DNA of 64,000 bases from Anaerolineales bacterium (lineage in GTDB: Bacteria > Chloroflexota > Anaerolineae > Anaerolineales > Villigracilaceae): positions 9,373-73,372 of the forward strand of contig JAFGMV010000064.1 in assembly GCA_016927315.1 (NCBI GenBank), read 5' to 3'. Both the position numbers and the translations under genes were made by a program. The notes under the pieces are model-generated. The model saw only the letters and a list, made by a program, of their open reading frames with translations. It was not told the origin of the DNA and ran no database searches. Every line of letters begins with the position of its first letter. The first letter of the stretch is position 1. Of this stretch, positions 1-8,994 are shown in pieces.

Positions 1-1747
1 GCTGTTCCAGCTTTTGTGCTTCCTGGTCCACCTTTTGGCGGGCCTTGCGGGCCTTCTCACGTTCGCGGGACGTGCGGTTGCGTTCCCTGCGGATGTCGTT
101 GAGCATTTTGTCGGTTTGCTGGTCTTCCGGATTGACATCAGCCCGGGCTGCTGCCAGGATCTCTTCGGGCAGGCCCAGGCGTTTGGCGATTGCAAGCGCG
201 TTTGACCGGCCGGGCAGCCCGATGGTCAGCTGGTAGGTAGGCCGCAGGGTCTGGACGTTGAATTCCACGCTGGCATTGACCACACCTGCGGTGGTGTGGG
301 CAAAGGCCTTCAACTCGGGGTGATGGGTGGTCACCAGGGTGGTGATCCCTCGCTCGAGCAGGTACGACAGGATAGCCCTCGCCAGTGCGGCGCCCTCAGC
401 CGGGTCGGTGCCGGCGCCGAGTTCATCGAGAATAACCAGGGTGTTTTCATCCGCTGCCTTCAGGATGCTAATGATACTGGTAACGTGACTGGAGAAGGTC
501 GAGAGGGACTGTTCAATGGACTGTTCGTCGCCGATGTCGGCATAGATTTGTTCGAAAACCGGCAGGCCTGAACCGGACTGGGCCGGAATGTGCAGCCCGG
601 CCTGGGCCATCAGAACCAACAGCCCAACAGTCTTGAGGGACACTGTCTTGCCGCCGGTGTTGGGGCCGGTGATCACCACCGCGCGGGTCTCAGGCGACGG
701 GTTGAAGTTGATGGGCACAACGCTCTTGGGGTCCAGCAGTGGGTGCCGGGCTTGTTTGAGCGAAATGACTGATGGTTGATCTATGATTTCTGGGTTTTGG
801 TTACCGCCAGATTTTCCAACCCGACTGCGATTGCGGTTCTCTACTCCCGGTTTTCTATTCTCTGGCTTAAAAAGGATAGGTTCTGATGCTTCTGTGTCTT
901 CAGCGTACTTGGCCTTGCCGAAGGCCAGGTCCAGTTCGGCCAGGGCTTCGATGCCGGGGATGATCTCATCAGCATGTTCACCGATCTGGTTAGAGAGTTC
1001 CGACAGGATGCGTTGTTCTTCATCGCGTTCGGCCAGCTGGAGTTCCCGGTATTTGTTGTTCAATTCCACTACCGGCAGCGGTTCCACGAACAGGGTTTGT
1101 CCGGAGGAAGACTGGTCATGGATGATGGACTTGACCTTGCCCTTGAACTGGGCCCTCAACGGTATGACGTAGCGCCCGTCACGCTGGGTGATGATTGCTT
1201 CCTGCAGCATGGAGGCGGTGTCGGAACCGGTCAGGTATTTCTGCAATTTGGACATCAGGCGTTCATAGGAGGTGCGCAGTTCCTTGCGGATGGAACCAAG
1301 CCTGGCTGAAGCCGAATCGAGGATCTCGCCCTGGTCAGAGAGCACCCGGGAAACGGCTTCGACGATACCGTAGGTGTCGGGCAATTGAAAGGCCAGTTCT
1401 GCCAGATGCGGGTACTGCTCTACCTGTTTCTCAAGGATCTTTTTGAGATTGCGGCAAGACAGCAGGGTGGATTTGATATCCAGCAGGGCCATGGGTTCGA
1501 TGGTGCCGCCGCGCCGCCCCAACTCGACACTTTCACGAATATCATGTGCGCCGCCGAGGGTCACATCACTGGTCGAGAGCAGGCGACGTGCTTCGCTGGT
1601 CTCGGCCAGGCGGCTGCGGATCCATTCGATGGATGTGTCTGGCGTGAGGTCAAGTGCAAGTTCCTTCGAGGCGCTGAAGTCACAGTGCCTGGCCAGGCGC
1701 TCCAGGATCTTGGGATATTCGAGAACGGTGAGTGTTTTTGTGTCCAT
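1..1747 (-). CDS. mutS2: Endonuclease MutS2, N-terminal ~582 codons (3' end lies beyond the left window edge)
   Basis: Absent from the ORF track because it runs off the edge. My reverse-complement translation from ATG 1747-1745 reads MDTKTLTVLEYPKILERLARHCDFSASKELALDL... The block LKQARHPLL...VVITGPNTGGKTVSLKTVGLLVLMAQAGLHIPA (about 590-740) is in the same frame. It continues DELGAGTDPAEGAALA...TTHHPELK and ends with lysine/glutamate-rich text REREKARKARQKVDQEAQKLEQ at the edge. Confidence 0.85.
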   Translation of the reverse strand, partial: MDTKTLTVLEYPKILERLARHCDFSASKELALDLTPDTSIEWIRSRLAETSEARRLLSTSDVTLGGAHDIRESVELGRRGGTIEPMALLDIKSTLLSCRNLKKILEKQVEQYPHLAELAFQLPDTYGIVEAVSRVLSDQGEILDSASARLGSIRKELRTSYERLMSKLQKYLTGSDTASMLQEAIITQRDGRYVIPLRAQFKGKVKSIIHDQSSSGQTLFVEPLPVVELNNKYRELQLAERDEEQRILSELSNQIGEHADEIIPGIEALAELDLAFGKAKYAEDTEASEPILFKPENRKPGVENRNRSRVGKSGGNQNPEIIDQPSVISLKQARHPLLDPKSVVPINFNPSPETRAVVITGPNTGGKTVSLKTVGLLVLMAQAGLHIPAQSGSGLPVFEQIYADIGDEQSIEQSLSTFSSHVTSIISILKAADENTLVILDELGAGTDPAEGAALARAILSYLLERGITTLVTTHHPELKAFAHTTAGVVNASVEFNVQTLRPTYQLTIGLPGRSNALAIAKRLGLPEEILAAARADVNPEDQQTDKMLNDIRRERNRTSREREKARKARQKVDQEAQKLEQ

Positions 1748-1754
1748 GCAGGGC

Positions 1755-1797
1755 GATTATAAACCACAGAACCCCAAATGTGATGATCTGAACACAG
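1755..1797 (+). repeat. Copy A of a ~38-43 bp imperfect direct repeat (core TAAACCACAGA...TGAACACAG)
   Basis: Core 1760-1797 is TAAACCACAGAACCCCAAATGTGATGATCTGAACACAG. It lies 12 nt from the mutS2 ATG and 10 nt from the sulfotransferase stop codon. Confidence 0.8.
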
Positions 1798-1807
1798 ATG
1801 GATAGGG

Positions 1808-2920
1808 TTAAGGTCTTATCTCATACCCCAATTGCCCGGCTGTTGGGGCGACAATATCCATTATCTGCGGCAGGTATTGTTTTTCCTCGTCTGTCAGCAT
1901 GACCGAGGGGCGGGGGGCCAGGCGCTGGCGGTAGGTGCGGGTGATCTTTGCGGCTTGCTCGTCATCCAGGTCGGTGAAGGTCCACATCCGTTCCAGTGTC
2001 CTTTCGGGGTCCCGGACCAGTTCTTCGTAGCGGATATTGAGCAGGGGTATGTCCGGGTTGGCGGCTGCGGCGCCCATGATGGCCTGCTGCATGGCGGTCC
2101 ACTGGCTGGCAATCCCCAGCAGGGGATGCTGCCGGTTGAGGGTCTGGATCTCGGGGTATTGCGCGGTCCGGATGCGGTGGGAGAGCATGTCGATGTAGAG
2201 CTGTTTACGGAAGATGTACCGGGTGTGGGCGTCCTGGTTGAAGGCATTTTCGACCCGCGCTGCGGTGCGGTAGTGCGAGAAGATCGTTGGCAGCGGGGCA
2301 CGGACAATGTTGATGAAACACGCCTCCGGGAAAAGTTTGTGGAGGTAAGCCAACCGCAGGCTGTTGATGGGATTCTTGTTCAGGAAGCGGCTGGCTTTGG
2401 CGGCATACAGGTGGTTGCGGATCAGCCTCAGCAGGCGGCGCTCGAAGGCTGGGTCGCTGAAGCCAGCGTCCAGGAGCATGTCCCGGTCATCCCACAGACT
2501 GCGGCGGGTGGGCCGCCAGACCGATTCGCATTCAAAGGGTGACAGGATGTGGGCCGGGATGGAAGGGTTGTGAACGGGAGAGATGGGGGTGCTGTCGATC
2601 AGGCCGATTGTGAAAAAGAGACGGGTGGTCCTGTAGCTCAGGACATTTGACTGCCCGAAGACATTGGTCAGATACCAGAAGTAACCAACCTGCGGATGGG
2701 CGGTGATGATCTCCTGCAGGATGGTGGTCCCGGAGCGATACGGGCCGACGATGAAAACCGGCCGGTCAATCGGGATACGGTCTAGGCGGGGTCCCAGCAC
2801 CAGCCGCTCGTGGATCTGGTAAAAATGACCCAGCAGGTGCAGGAAGGGGCAGTTCGCCAGCGAATAGCCGTGGATGACGCCGGTGAGTTCTTTTTCAGGC
2901 AGGCGCAGTGATTGTTTCAT
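1808..2920 (-). CDS. Sulfotransferase family protein
   Basis: 370 aa ORF. It has a PAPS 5'-phosphosulfate-binding-loop-like PVFIVGPYRSGTTILQE near the N-terminus and a later RAPLPTIFSHYRT (3'-PB-like) segment. Confidence 0.8.
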   Translation of the reverse strand: MKQSLRLPEKELTGVIHGYSLANCPFLHLLGHFYQIHERLVLGPRLDRIPIDRPVFIVGPYRSGTTILQEIITAHPQVGYFWYLTNVFGQSNVLSYRTTRLFFTIGLIDSTPISPVHNPSIPAHILSPFECESVWRPTRRSLWDDRDMLLDAGFSDPAFERRLLRLIRNHLYAAKASRFLNKNPINSLRLAYLHKLFPEACFINIVRAPLPTIFSHYRTAARVENAFNQDAHTRYIFRKQLYIDMLSHRIRTAQYPEIQTLNRQHPLLGIASQWTAMQQAIMGAAAANPDIPLLNIRYEELVRDPERTLERMWTFTDLDDEQAAKITRTYRQRLAPRPSVMLTDEEKQYLPQIMDIVAPTAGQLGYEIRP

Positions 2921-2925
2921 TAATT

Positions 2926-2967
2926 GACATTAAACCACAGATCGCAAAGGGGATCATGTGAACACAG
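2926..2967 (+). repeat. Copy B of the same direct repeat
   Basis: Core 2931-2967 is TAAACCACAGATCGCAAAGGGGATCATGTGAACACAG. It matches copy A at 31 of 38 aligned positions and lies 10 nt from the sulfotransferase ATG. Confidence 0.8.
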
Positions 2968-2999
2968 TACAAGCAGCTACTCAGCCAATCAGATAGATT

Positions 3000-3031
3000 A
3001 AAACTGGCAGCTTGCTTGCTGCCAGTTTTTT
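3000..3031. terminator. Perfect 12-bp hairpin flanked by A/T runs (bidirectional terminator-like) downstream of the TfoX gene
   Basis: AAAACTGGCAGC-ttgctt-GCTGCCAGTTTT followed by TT. Confidence 0.6.
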
Positions 3032-3052
3032 CTTCTGTGAATCTGGTATCAA

Positions 3053-3385
3053 TTATTTGGGCGGCAGTGACTCTGCGAACTCGATCCCCTTCTGCACCCA
3101 TTCTTTCAATTCTTTTTCTCCGGTAATGCCGTCTGCCTCAACCATGACCCAGCCCGATAGCGGCCGGCCGGTGATATCAAACGGAACCGTGTGAGGTTGT
3201 GCCATGGCCTCTTCGTAGTTATCCTTACCGACACGAACGATCAGGCGGTCCCTGTGCACCCCACAGGTCATGAAGCCATCCATCATAAAGGCCAGTCCGC
3301 CAAACATCCTCTTTTCGTTCAATTCCTCGGGAATATCTTCCAGCATTTCACGAATGCGTTGGGCGATTTCTTTGTTATAGGGCAT
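3053..3385 (-). CDS. TfoX N-terminal domain protein
   Basis: 110 aa. The KRMFGGLAFMMDGFMTCGV...LIVRVG pattern is typical of the TfoX/Sxy N-terminal domain. Confidence 0.75.
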   Translation of the reverse strand: MPYNKEIAQRIREMLEDIPEELNEKRMFGGLAFMMDGFMTCGVHRDRLIVRVGKDNYEEAMAQPHTVPFDITGRPLSGWVMVEADGITGEKELKEWVQKGIEFAESLPPK

Positions 3386-3515
3386 GGCGGCCTCTTTTCT
3401 GTACTCTGGGCGCGGACGGGTCTGTTTTTATTATACTGCGAAACTTGTCTGATTGAATGCTTTTTCACAAACCTTTCGATGCTTTCCAGATCGGTGGGAA
3501 TGGAAGGTGTACCCA

Positions 3516-4255
3516 TCAGGAATTCCAGTTGGCCAGGATAGCCCGTACCGAACGGCCCATTTCGACGGAGAACGCCGCACCGAATTTGCGCTGATAGACA
3601 GCCTGCCCCTGTATAACGACTTCCCCATTATAGAACCGGTCCAGTTCAGCGGTATTCAGCCGATGGTACTGATTTTCAGAGAGTATGAATTCGGGATCGT
3701 AACGAGATGTCTGCTGCCGCTCCTTTTGCTGTTGGGTCGGGTAACCGAAGCACAACAGGGTGATCGGCAAGACGTATTGCGGCAGGTGGAACATCTCTTT
3801 GTGCTGTTTGTAGTTTTCCATGGTACCGCCGGTGTAGCAGGAGTCCAATCCCAGCGCCTCGGCTGCGATGACGGCGTTCTGGGCAGCGATCAGGGCATCA
3901 CAGCAGGCCAGGAAGAGATCGCCTTCTTCGGGTTTGCACAAGGGGAGATTCTCGTCTTTGCACAACTGCTCGACCCCGGCGCTCAGGAAAGTGTCATACC
4001 TTCGCTGGTAGTCAGCCAGGAAGAGCCAGACCAACGGCTCCCGGGCAATGAAGAGCTGGTTGTCGCAGTTTCTTTCCGGGCGGTCTTTGGGCGCCTGGTC
4101 ACTGATTTCGATGATCGAGTACAACATCAGGTTACCGGCAGTAGGCGTCCGCAGGGTGGCTTCGATCAGTTTCGTTTTGTCTCCGTAGCAATCGTTCGAT
4201 CGCTGTAAGCGAGTACAGATTTTCGATTGTGGATCAACTCAAGTGTGGGATTCAT
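3516..4255 (-). pseudogene. Nitroreductase family gene interrupted by a 1-nt frameshift (or a sequencing error)
   Basis: The ORF track gives 3516..4127 (MLYSIIEISDQAPKDR...). Upstream in that frame there is no start, only ...DKTKLIEATLRTPTAGNL. A different frame from ATG 4255 reads MNPTLELIHNRKSVLAYSDRTIATETKRN then stop (4166-4168), which is the canonical nitroreductase N-terminus. The two frames join around the run ACAAAACGAAACTG (about 4166-4185). Confidence 0.75.
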
Positions 4256-4418
4256 GGGAAAAACATCCTTGCACCATCAGATGGCTGAAAAGATTCAACC
4301 ATAAAGCTGCCGATGTACCAAGTGATCTGCTTGCGAATGGAGCAAGGGTCGTAGCTGCCGGGAGTTAGCTGCCGGTAAACCCAAGCGAGATCGCATGCGT
4401 GGTGACGGATGCCAATAG

Positions 4419-5450
4419 TTAGGGTTTAGCGCTGCGGCTTTTGTACAGCTTGAGTTTTAGACCAAGGGATACTGTACTGGTATAACTGACAAAGGTCGGT
4501 ACGGCGGCCTCAATGAATTTGTCAAAAAAAGCGATTTGATCCAGGGAGAATAATTCATTCAATCCTTTAATCATGTAGGTTGCGGCAAAGAACAGCATGG
4601 TTGCCAGCAAAACCCGCGCCAGACGCGTGAACGGTGAGCCGGTATCATCTGGTAATCCCTTTGAGAGGGTGAACAGCAAGGCCGTATTGACGCCGATCAG
4701 ATAGCCAGTTCCTTTCCCAAAGGAGTCTGCGGAAACAATCAACAAAGACAACGGGATGATAAAAAGGAAAATGTGGATGAAAAGATTCGGTGCTTGCGCT
4801 GCCAGGGCCAGACTGTTTTTCTCAAAGAGATGTATTCTAAAGTTCAGCTTGAACAGGAAAACGTAGGTCAGGAGAACGATAGATGTTCCCAGTACCAAGC
4901 CTCCCAGGACATCTGCCAGGAAGTGCCGCCCCAAATATATCCTGGAAAAGCCAATCAGTATTACCAGGATCGGTGTGAGCCAGTATAAAAAGCGTTTCCT
5001 GAACAGGAGACTCATGCCTCCCCAGAGTGAGGTGGATTCGGATACGTGCCCGGAAGGAAAGCCGTAATTGGGGTTGTTCAGAGTGCGAAAGGAAGAGATG
5101 ATTTCGGGTTTCAGGGAGCCCCAGAAGGATCTTGCCCCCTGGCTTGTAAAGGGAGTGATGTCAAATTCACCATGCTGCAGGTTTTGGATATCCCCATTCA
5201 CGAAAGTTGGTCGTGGTAGCGCAAAAAGGTGTTTTAGACTGGTATTAAGCACCAGCGACCATTGGAAGATTTGCATCAAGAGAATTCCATACCGATAACA
5301 AATCCCAAATGTAATGAACATCAAAATAATGGCGATGGTCTTGTCATCGCCGAGTTCGGTGATAATGGTCAACAGGGTGGTAAGTCCATTCATACGGAGA
5401 GATTGCAGATAAACGATCAGGTCTGTTTGAAACATAATTCCTCCATGCAA
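4419..5450 (-). CDS. PAP2 (type 2 phosphatidic acid phosphatase) family membrane protein with an extra C-terminal TM region
   Basis: 343 aa. All three PAP2 signature motifs are present: KHLFALPRP, PSGH, SRIYLGRHFLADV. The protein has multiple hydrophobic segments. Confidence 0.85.
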   Translation of the reverse strand: MHGGIMFQTDLIVYLQSLRMNGLTTLLTIITELGDDKTIAIILMFITFGICYRYGILLMQIFQWSLVLNTSLKHLFALPRPTFVNGDIQNLQHGEFDITPFTSQGARSFWGSLKPEIISSFRTLNNPNYGFPSGHVSESTSLWGGMSLLFRKRFLYWLTPILVILIGFSRIYLGRHFLADVLGGLVLGTSIVLLTYVFLFKLNFRIHLFEKNSLALAAQAPNLFIHIFLFIIPLSLLIVSADSFGKGTGYLIGVNTALLFTLSKGLPDDTGSPFTRLARVLLATMLFFAATYMIKGLNELFSLDQIAFFDKFIEAAVPTFVSYTSTVSLGLKLKLYKSRSAKP

Positions 5451-5539
5451 TCAGACCAATGGAACGGGGAAAAAGTTTCATGCTTCCAGGGTTTTGAAGG
5501 CTTTCAGTTATAGCAATTCCTCTGTTAGCGCAATTCCTC

Positions 5540-5568
5540 TTGACAAAAGAAAGCTATGGAATTATTTT
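5540..5568 (+). promoter_or_regulatory. Candidate sigma70-type promoter far upstream of the helicase gene
   Basis: TTGACA (5540-5545), 17 nt spacer, TATTTT (5563-5568). This would give a ~520 nt leader. Confidence 0.25.
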
Positions 5569-5636
5569 TCGACCGACTGGTCGGGCATTTGTTGGGGACC
5601 AAGAAAAACCTCCCTATTCCTAGCCTGAATGGAGCC

Positions 5637-5772
5637 AGGGCAATCGCATCTAAATGAGCATGGAAATGAGATAAAACTGGTTATCTTAGGACTTACAGGA
5701 GATAGCCATGTCCAGGAAACCCTTAGAAGCGATTGCCCTATCGCCACAGGCAATTAAGATGTGATTGCCCTA
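5637..5772. repeat. Four copies, in alternating orientation, of a GATTGCCCT / AGGGCAATC element
   Basis: AGGGCAATCGC 5637-5647; GCGATTGCCCT 5729-5739; AGGCAATT 5748-5755; GTGATTGCCCT 5761-5771. Confidence 0.8.
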
Positions 5773-5778
5773 ATTGTG

Positions 5779-5787
5779 TGGTATACT
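5779..5787 (+). promoter_or_regulatory. Candidate extended -10 promoter element
   Basis: TGG-TATACT fits TGn-TATAAT and lies immediately downstream of the repeat cluster. Confidence 0.3.
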
Positions 5788-6094
5788 GGCGCCCGCGCTG
5801 TAAGCAGCGACTTAAGAATCTATTATTGTTTTGAGCATTCCCAAAGGTTGCCCGGTATGATCATCGGGCGTTTTTCTTGAATAATTGCCTGGTCCGAGAG
5901 GAGAGGCGGTTGAAGTAGGGGAAACGGGGGAAGCCGTACAGCGGAGTTTTCAAAACAAAAAACAATTCTCATAATGAAACCTGCCGGACAGGTTGCGATA
6001 ATCTCCTGACACCAGGAAATCTTTTTGGGTGTACAGCGGGAGATTGTTCTGCCTGTATGTTGATCGTTCATTGTGGGAAGAACCAGGAGTTTTG

Positions 6095-7741
6095 ATGACT
6101 AACGATTTTACCCAACTTGGCTTGCAGGCTCCTCTGCTGCAAGCCACCGAAGATCTCGGCTATACCGACCCCACCCCTATCCAGATTGGCGTGATCCCGC
6201 TGATGCTCTCCGGGCAGGATGTGATTGGCCAGGCCCAAACAGGTACCGGCAAGACGGCAGCCTTTGCGCTCCCGATCCTCCAAAACCTGGAGGCCGGTCA
6301 GCGCGTTCCACAGGCGCTGGTGCTGGCTCCGACGCGAGAACTGGCCATGCAAGTTGCCGAGGCTATGGTTGACTATGGCAGGCATCTCAAGGTGCGCGTG
6401 CTGGCAGTTTACGGCGGCCAGGCCTATGGCCCCCAGATCGGGCAGCTTAAAAAGGGCGTAGATGTGGTTGTTGGAACCCCCGGGCGCCTGATGGATCTGA
6501 TCGATCGCAAGGTTCTTGACCTGAAGAGCGTCACCTGTGTTGTGTTAGATGAAGCTGATGAGATGCTCAGCATGGGTTTTATTGATGATATCGAGAGCAT
6601 CCTGCAGGAGACACCCGAGACACGCCAGACGACACTTTTTTCGGCAACCTTACCCAAGCAGATCCGCCACCTGGCCGCCCGTTACCTGAAAGATCCGCAG
6701 GAAGTGACGATTGAACGCAAACAGTTAACGGTGGAAGCCATCGAACAGCGCCATTACCTGGTTAATGAAAGGGACAAATCAGCCGCCCTGGCGCGCCTGT
6801 TTGAGACTGAAGAGATCAGCAGTGCACTGATCTTTGTGCGCACCCGGGCGGGGACCAGCCAGTTGGCCAATGAACTGGGCCGGCGCGGTTTCCCGGCCGA
6901 GGCCTTGAGCGGCGAACTGGAGCAGAATGCCCGCGAACGGGTACTGGAGCGCTTCCGCCAGAACCAGATTAAGGTGCTGGTGGCAACCGATGTGGCGGCC
7001 CGCGGGTTGGATATCGATGACATATCACATGTCTTCAATTATGACCTGCCGGAAGACCCTGAAATCTACGTACATCGTATCGGACGCACGGGCCGGGCGG
7101 GCAAGTCTGGTACTGCTATTTCTTTGATCAATCCCAAACAAACCGGCCTGCTGCGCCGGATCGAGGGATTTACCCGCCAGCAGGTTAGACGCGTTAAACT
7201 GCCCACCCTGGAAGAAATCAAGGAAAAACGCGAAGACGAACTGCTTGGGCAGGTGCGAATCTGGCTGCAGCGTGGTCGGGGGCAGCGCGAACGACAGATA
7301 ATCCTGGATCTGATGGAAGAGGGACACGATCCGGTGGATATCGCAACTGCGGCGCTCAAGATCGCCCGGGCGGAAGAGAAACAGCGCCCGATTGCCGAGA
7401 TCAGTGAGGTCAGGGAGCGTAATTCCTCGGCGAGTAACCGACCAGTCCGCCAGCATACCAGGCGCAAAAGCAGCCAGCGCTTCAAGAACCGTACCTCATC
7501 ACATGAGGAGGGCATGGTGCGCATGACACTAAGCGCCGGAAAATCCCAGGGTATTCGCCCGAACGACGTGGTTGGCGCCATTGCCTTTCACGCTGATATT
7601 CCGGGATATTCGATTGGTGCAATCCATATCGATGATCAGCAGACTCTGGTAGATGTGCCGGAGAAGTTTGTCAATAAAGTACTGGCCAGGAACGGCAAGT
7701 ATAAAATTCGCAGGCAGGATATCAAGCTGGAAATTGCCTGA
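6095..7741 (+). CDS. deaD: DEAD-box ATP-dependent RNA helicase with a DbpA-type C-terminal RNA-binding domain
   Basis: Motifs AQTGTGKTAAF, PTRELA, VLDEADEM, SAT, ARGLD and HRIGRTGRAG are present. The C-terminus reads MVRMTLSAGKSQGIRPNDVVGAI...IDVPEKF. I prefer the ATG at 6095 (MTNDFTQLGL), preceded by AGGAG at 6085-6089, over the track start at 6029. Confidence 0.93.
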   Translation: MTNDFTQLGLQAPLLQATEDLGYTDPTPIQIGVIPLMLSGQDVIGQAQTGTGKTAAFALPILQNLEAGQRVPQALVLAPTRELAMQVAEAMVDYGRHLKVRVLAVYGGQAYGPQIGQLKKGVDVVVGTPGRLMDLIDRKVLDLKSVTCVVLDEADEMLSMGFIDDIESILQETPETRQTTLFSATLPKQIRHLAARYLKDPQEVTIERKQLTVEAIEQRHYLVNERDKSAALARLFETEEISSALIFVRTRAGTSQLANELGRRGFPAEALSGELEQNARERVLERFRQNQIKVLVATDVAARGLDIDDISHVFNYDLPEDPEIYVHRIGRTGRAGKSGTAISLINPKQTGLLRRIEGFTRQQVRRVKLPTLEEIKEKREDELLGQVRIWLQRGRGQRERQIILDLMEEGHDPVDIATAALKIARAEEKQRPIAEISEVRERNSSASNRPVRQHTRRKSSQRFKNRTSSHEEGMVRMTLSAGKSQGIRPNDVVGAIAFHADIPGYSIGAIHIDDQQTLVDVPEKFVNKVLARNGKYKIRRQDIKLEIA

Positions 7742-7750
7742 GATAATCAA

Positions 7751-7778
7751 ATGCCCCTGAGCTTTTTCAGGGGCATTG
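7751..7778. terminator. Bidirectional terminator-like hairpin between convergent genes
   Basis: AATGCCCCTGA-gctttt-TCAGGGGCATT forms an 11-bp perfect stem. Confidence 0.65.
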
Positions 7779-7807
7779 TTGTTCAGTATTAGGGTAGATT
7801 GTGATGG

Positions 7808-8986
7808 TTAGCCATGCCGGTGCATGAAGCGCTCCATACGGTGCAGGGCCTCTTCGATCTTGTCGTAGGCAGTGGCATAACAGCAGCGCACAAATCCCTC
7901 GCCGCCTGGGCCAAAGGCGCTTCCCGGAACAACGGCGACGCTTTCTTCTTTGAGCAGGGCTTCAGCAAATTCTTCTTCGCTCATGCCTGAGGCAGAGATA
8001 TTGGGGAAAGCATAAAAAGCGCCGCGAGGTTCAAATGTCTTTAACCCCAGCTGGTTGAGTCCATCTACAATCAGGCGCCGGCGACGGTTGTACTCTTCTA
8101 CCATGGTTTGCACATGCTCTTCCCCTTTTTCCAGGGCAACAATTGAAGCTGCCTGAGCCATGGTCGGTGCGGACATAATTGTGTATTGATGGATGCGTGT
8201 CAGGCCGCGGATAATGTTTGCAGGTCCGGCCGCATAACCAATACGCCAACCGGTCATGGCATAATCTTTCGAGAAACCTCCCATCAGCAGTGTGCGATTC
8301 CAGGTATCCTCGCTCAAAGCCGGAACGCAGATATGTTCAAAATTATAGACCAGGCGATCATAAATTTCATCAGAGAAGATTAGCAGGTCGTGCTTTTCTG
8401 CGATCCGGGTCAGTTCAACCAACGTTTCTCGTTCTGCGACTGCACCGGTGGGGTTGTTGGGATAACCGATCAGGATGGCCTTGGTCCTCGAAGTGATGGC
8501 GTCTTCGATCATCTGGGGGTCGAGTTGAAAATCATCTTCCATCCTGCTGGGGATCTCAACCGGTATCCCACCTGCCAGGATTACTTCAGCCTGGTAAGCC
8601 GGGAAACAGGGCGTCGGAACAATCACCTCATTTCCAGGGTCCAGGGTGGCGCTCATCGCCAGGTAAAGCGCTTCAGAAACACCAACTGTGACAAGAATTT
8701 CTGTTAGCGGATCGTAGTTGACATTATAGCGTTGTGCCAGATGGCGGGAAATACCCTGACGCAGTTCAAGAATACCCAGGTTTGAGGTGTAATGGGTTTC
8801 ACCACCTTTGAGTGCCTGAATACCGGCGTTCAGGATTGGTTCGGGGGTTGTGAAATCCGGTTCCCCGACACCCAAGGATATAACATCCTTCATTGCGGCG
8901 GCGATATCAAAGAATTTTCGAATACCAGAAGGTTTTAGTTTGTTCAGGCGGTTTGCAAGAAAACTTTTCTCAATAGAGTCTTGCAT
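7808..8986 (-). CDS. Class I/II PLP-dependent aminotransferase (aspartate aminotransferase-like)
   Basis: 392 aa. Motifs include GYPNNPTG, the PLP-lysine context GGFSKDYAMTGWRIGY, and RCCYA near the C-terminus. Confidence 0.9.
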   Translation of the reverse strand: MQDSIEKSFLANRLNKLKPSGIRKFFDIAAAMKDVISLGVGEPDFTTPEPILNAGIQALKGGETHYTSNLGILELRQGISRHLAQRYNVNYDPLTEILVTVGVSEALYLAMSATLDPGNEVIVPTPCFPAYQAEVILAGGIPVEIPSRMEDDFQLDPQMIEDAITSRTKAILIGYPNNPTGAVAERETLVELTRIAEKHDLLIFSDEIYDRLVYNFEHICVPALSEDTWNRTLLMGGFSKDYAMTGWRIGYAAGPANIIRGLTRIHQYTIMSAPTMAQAASIVALEKGEEHVQTMVEEYNRRRRLIVDGLNQLGLKTFEPRGAFYAFPNISASGMSEEEFAEALLKEESVAVVPGSAFGPGGEGFVRCCYATAYDKIEEALHRMERFMHRHG

Positions 8987-8994
8987 GCATACTC

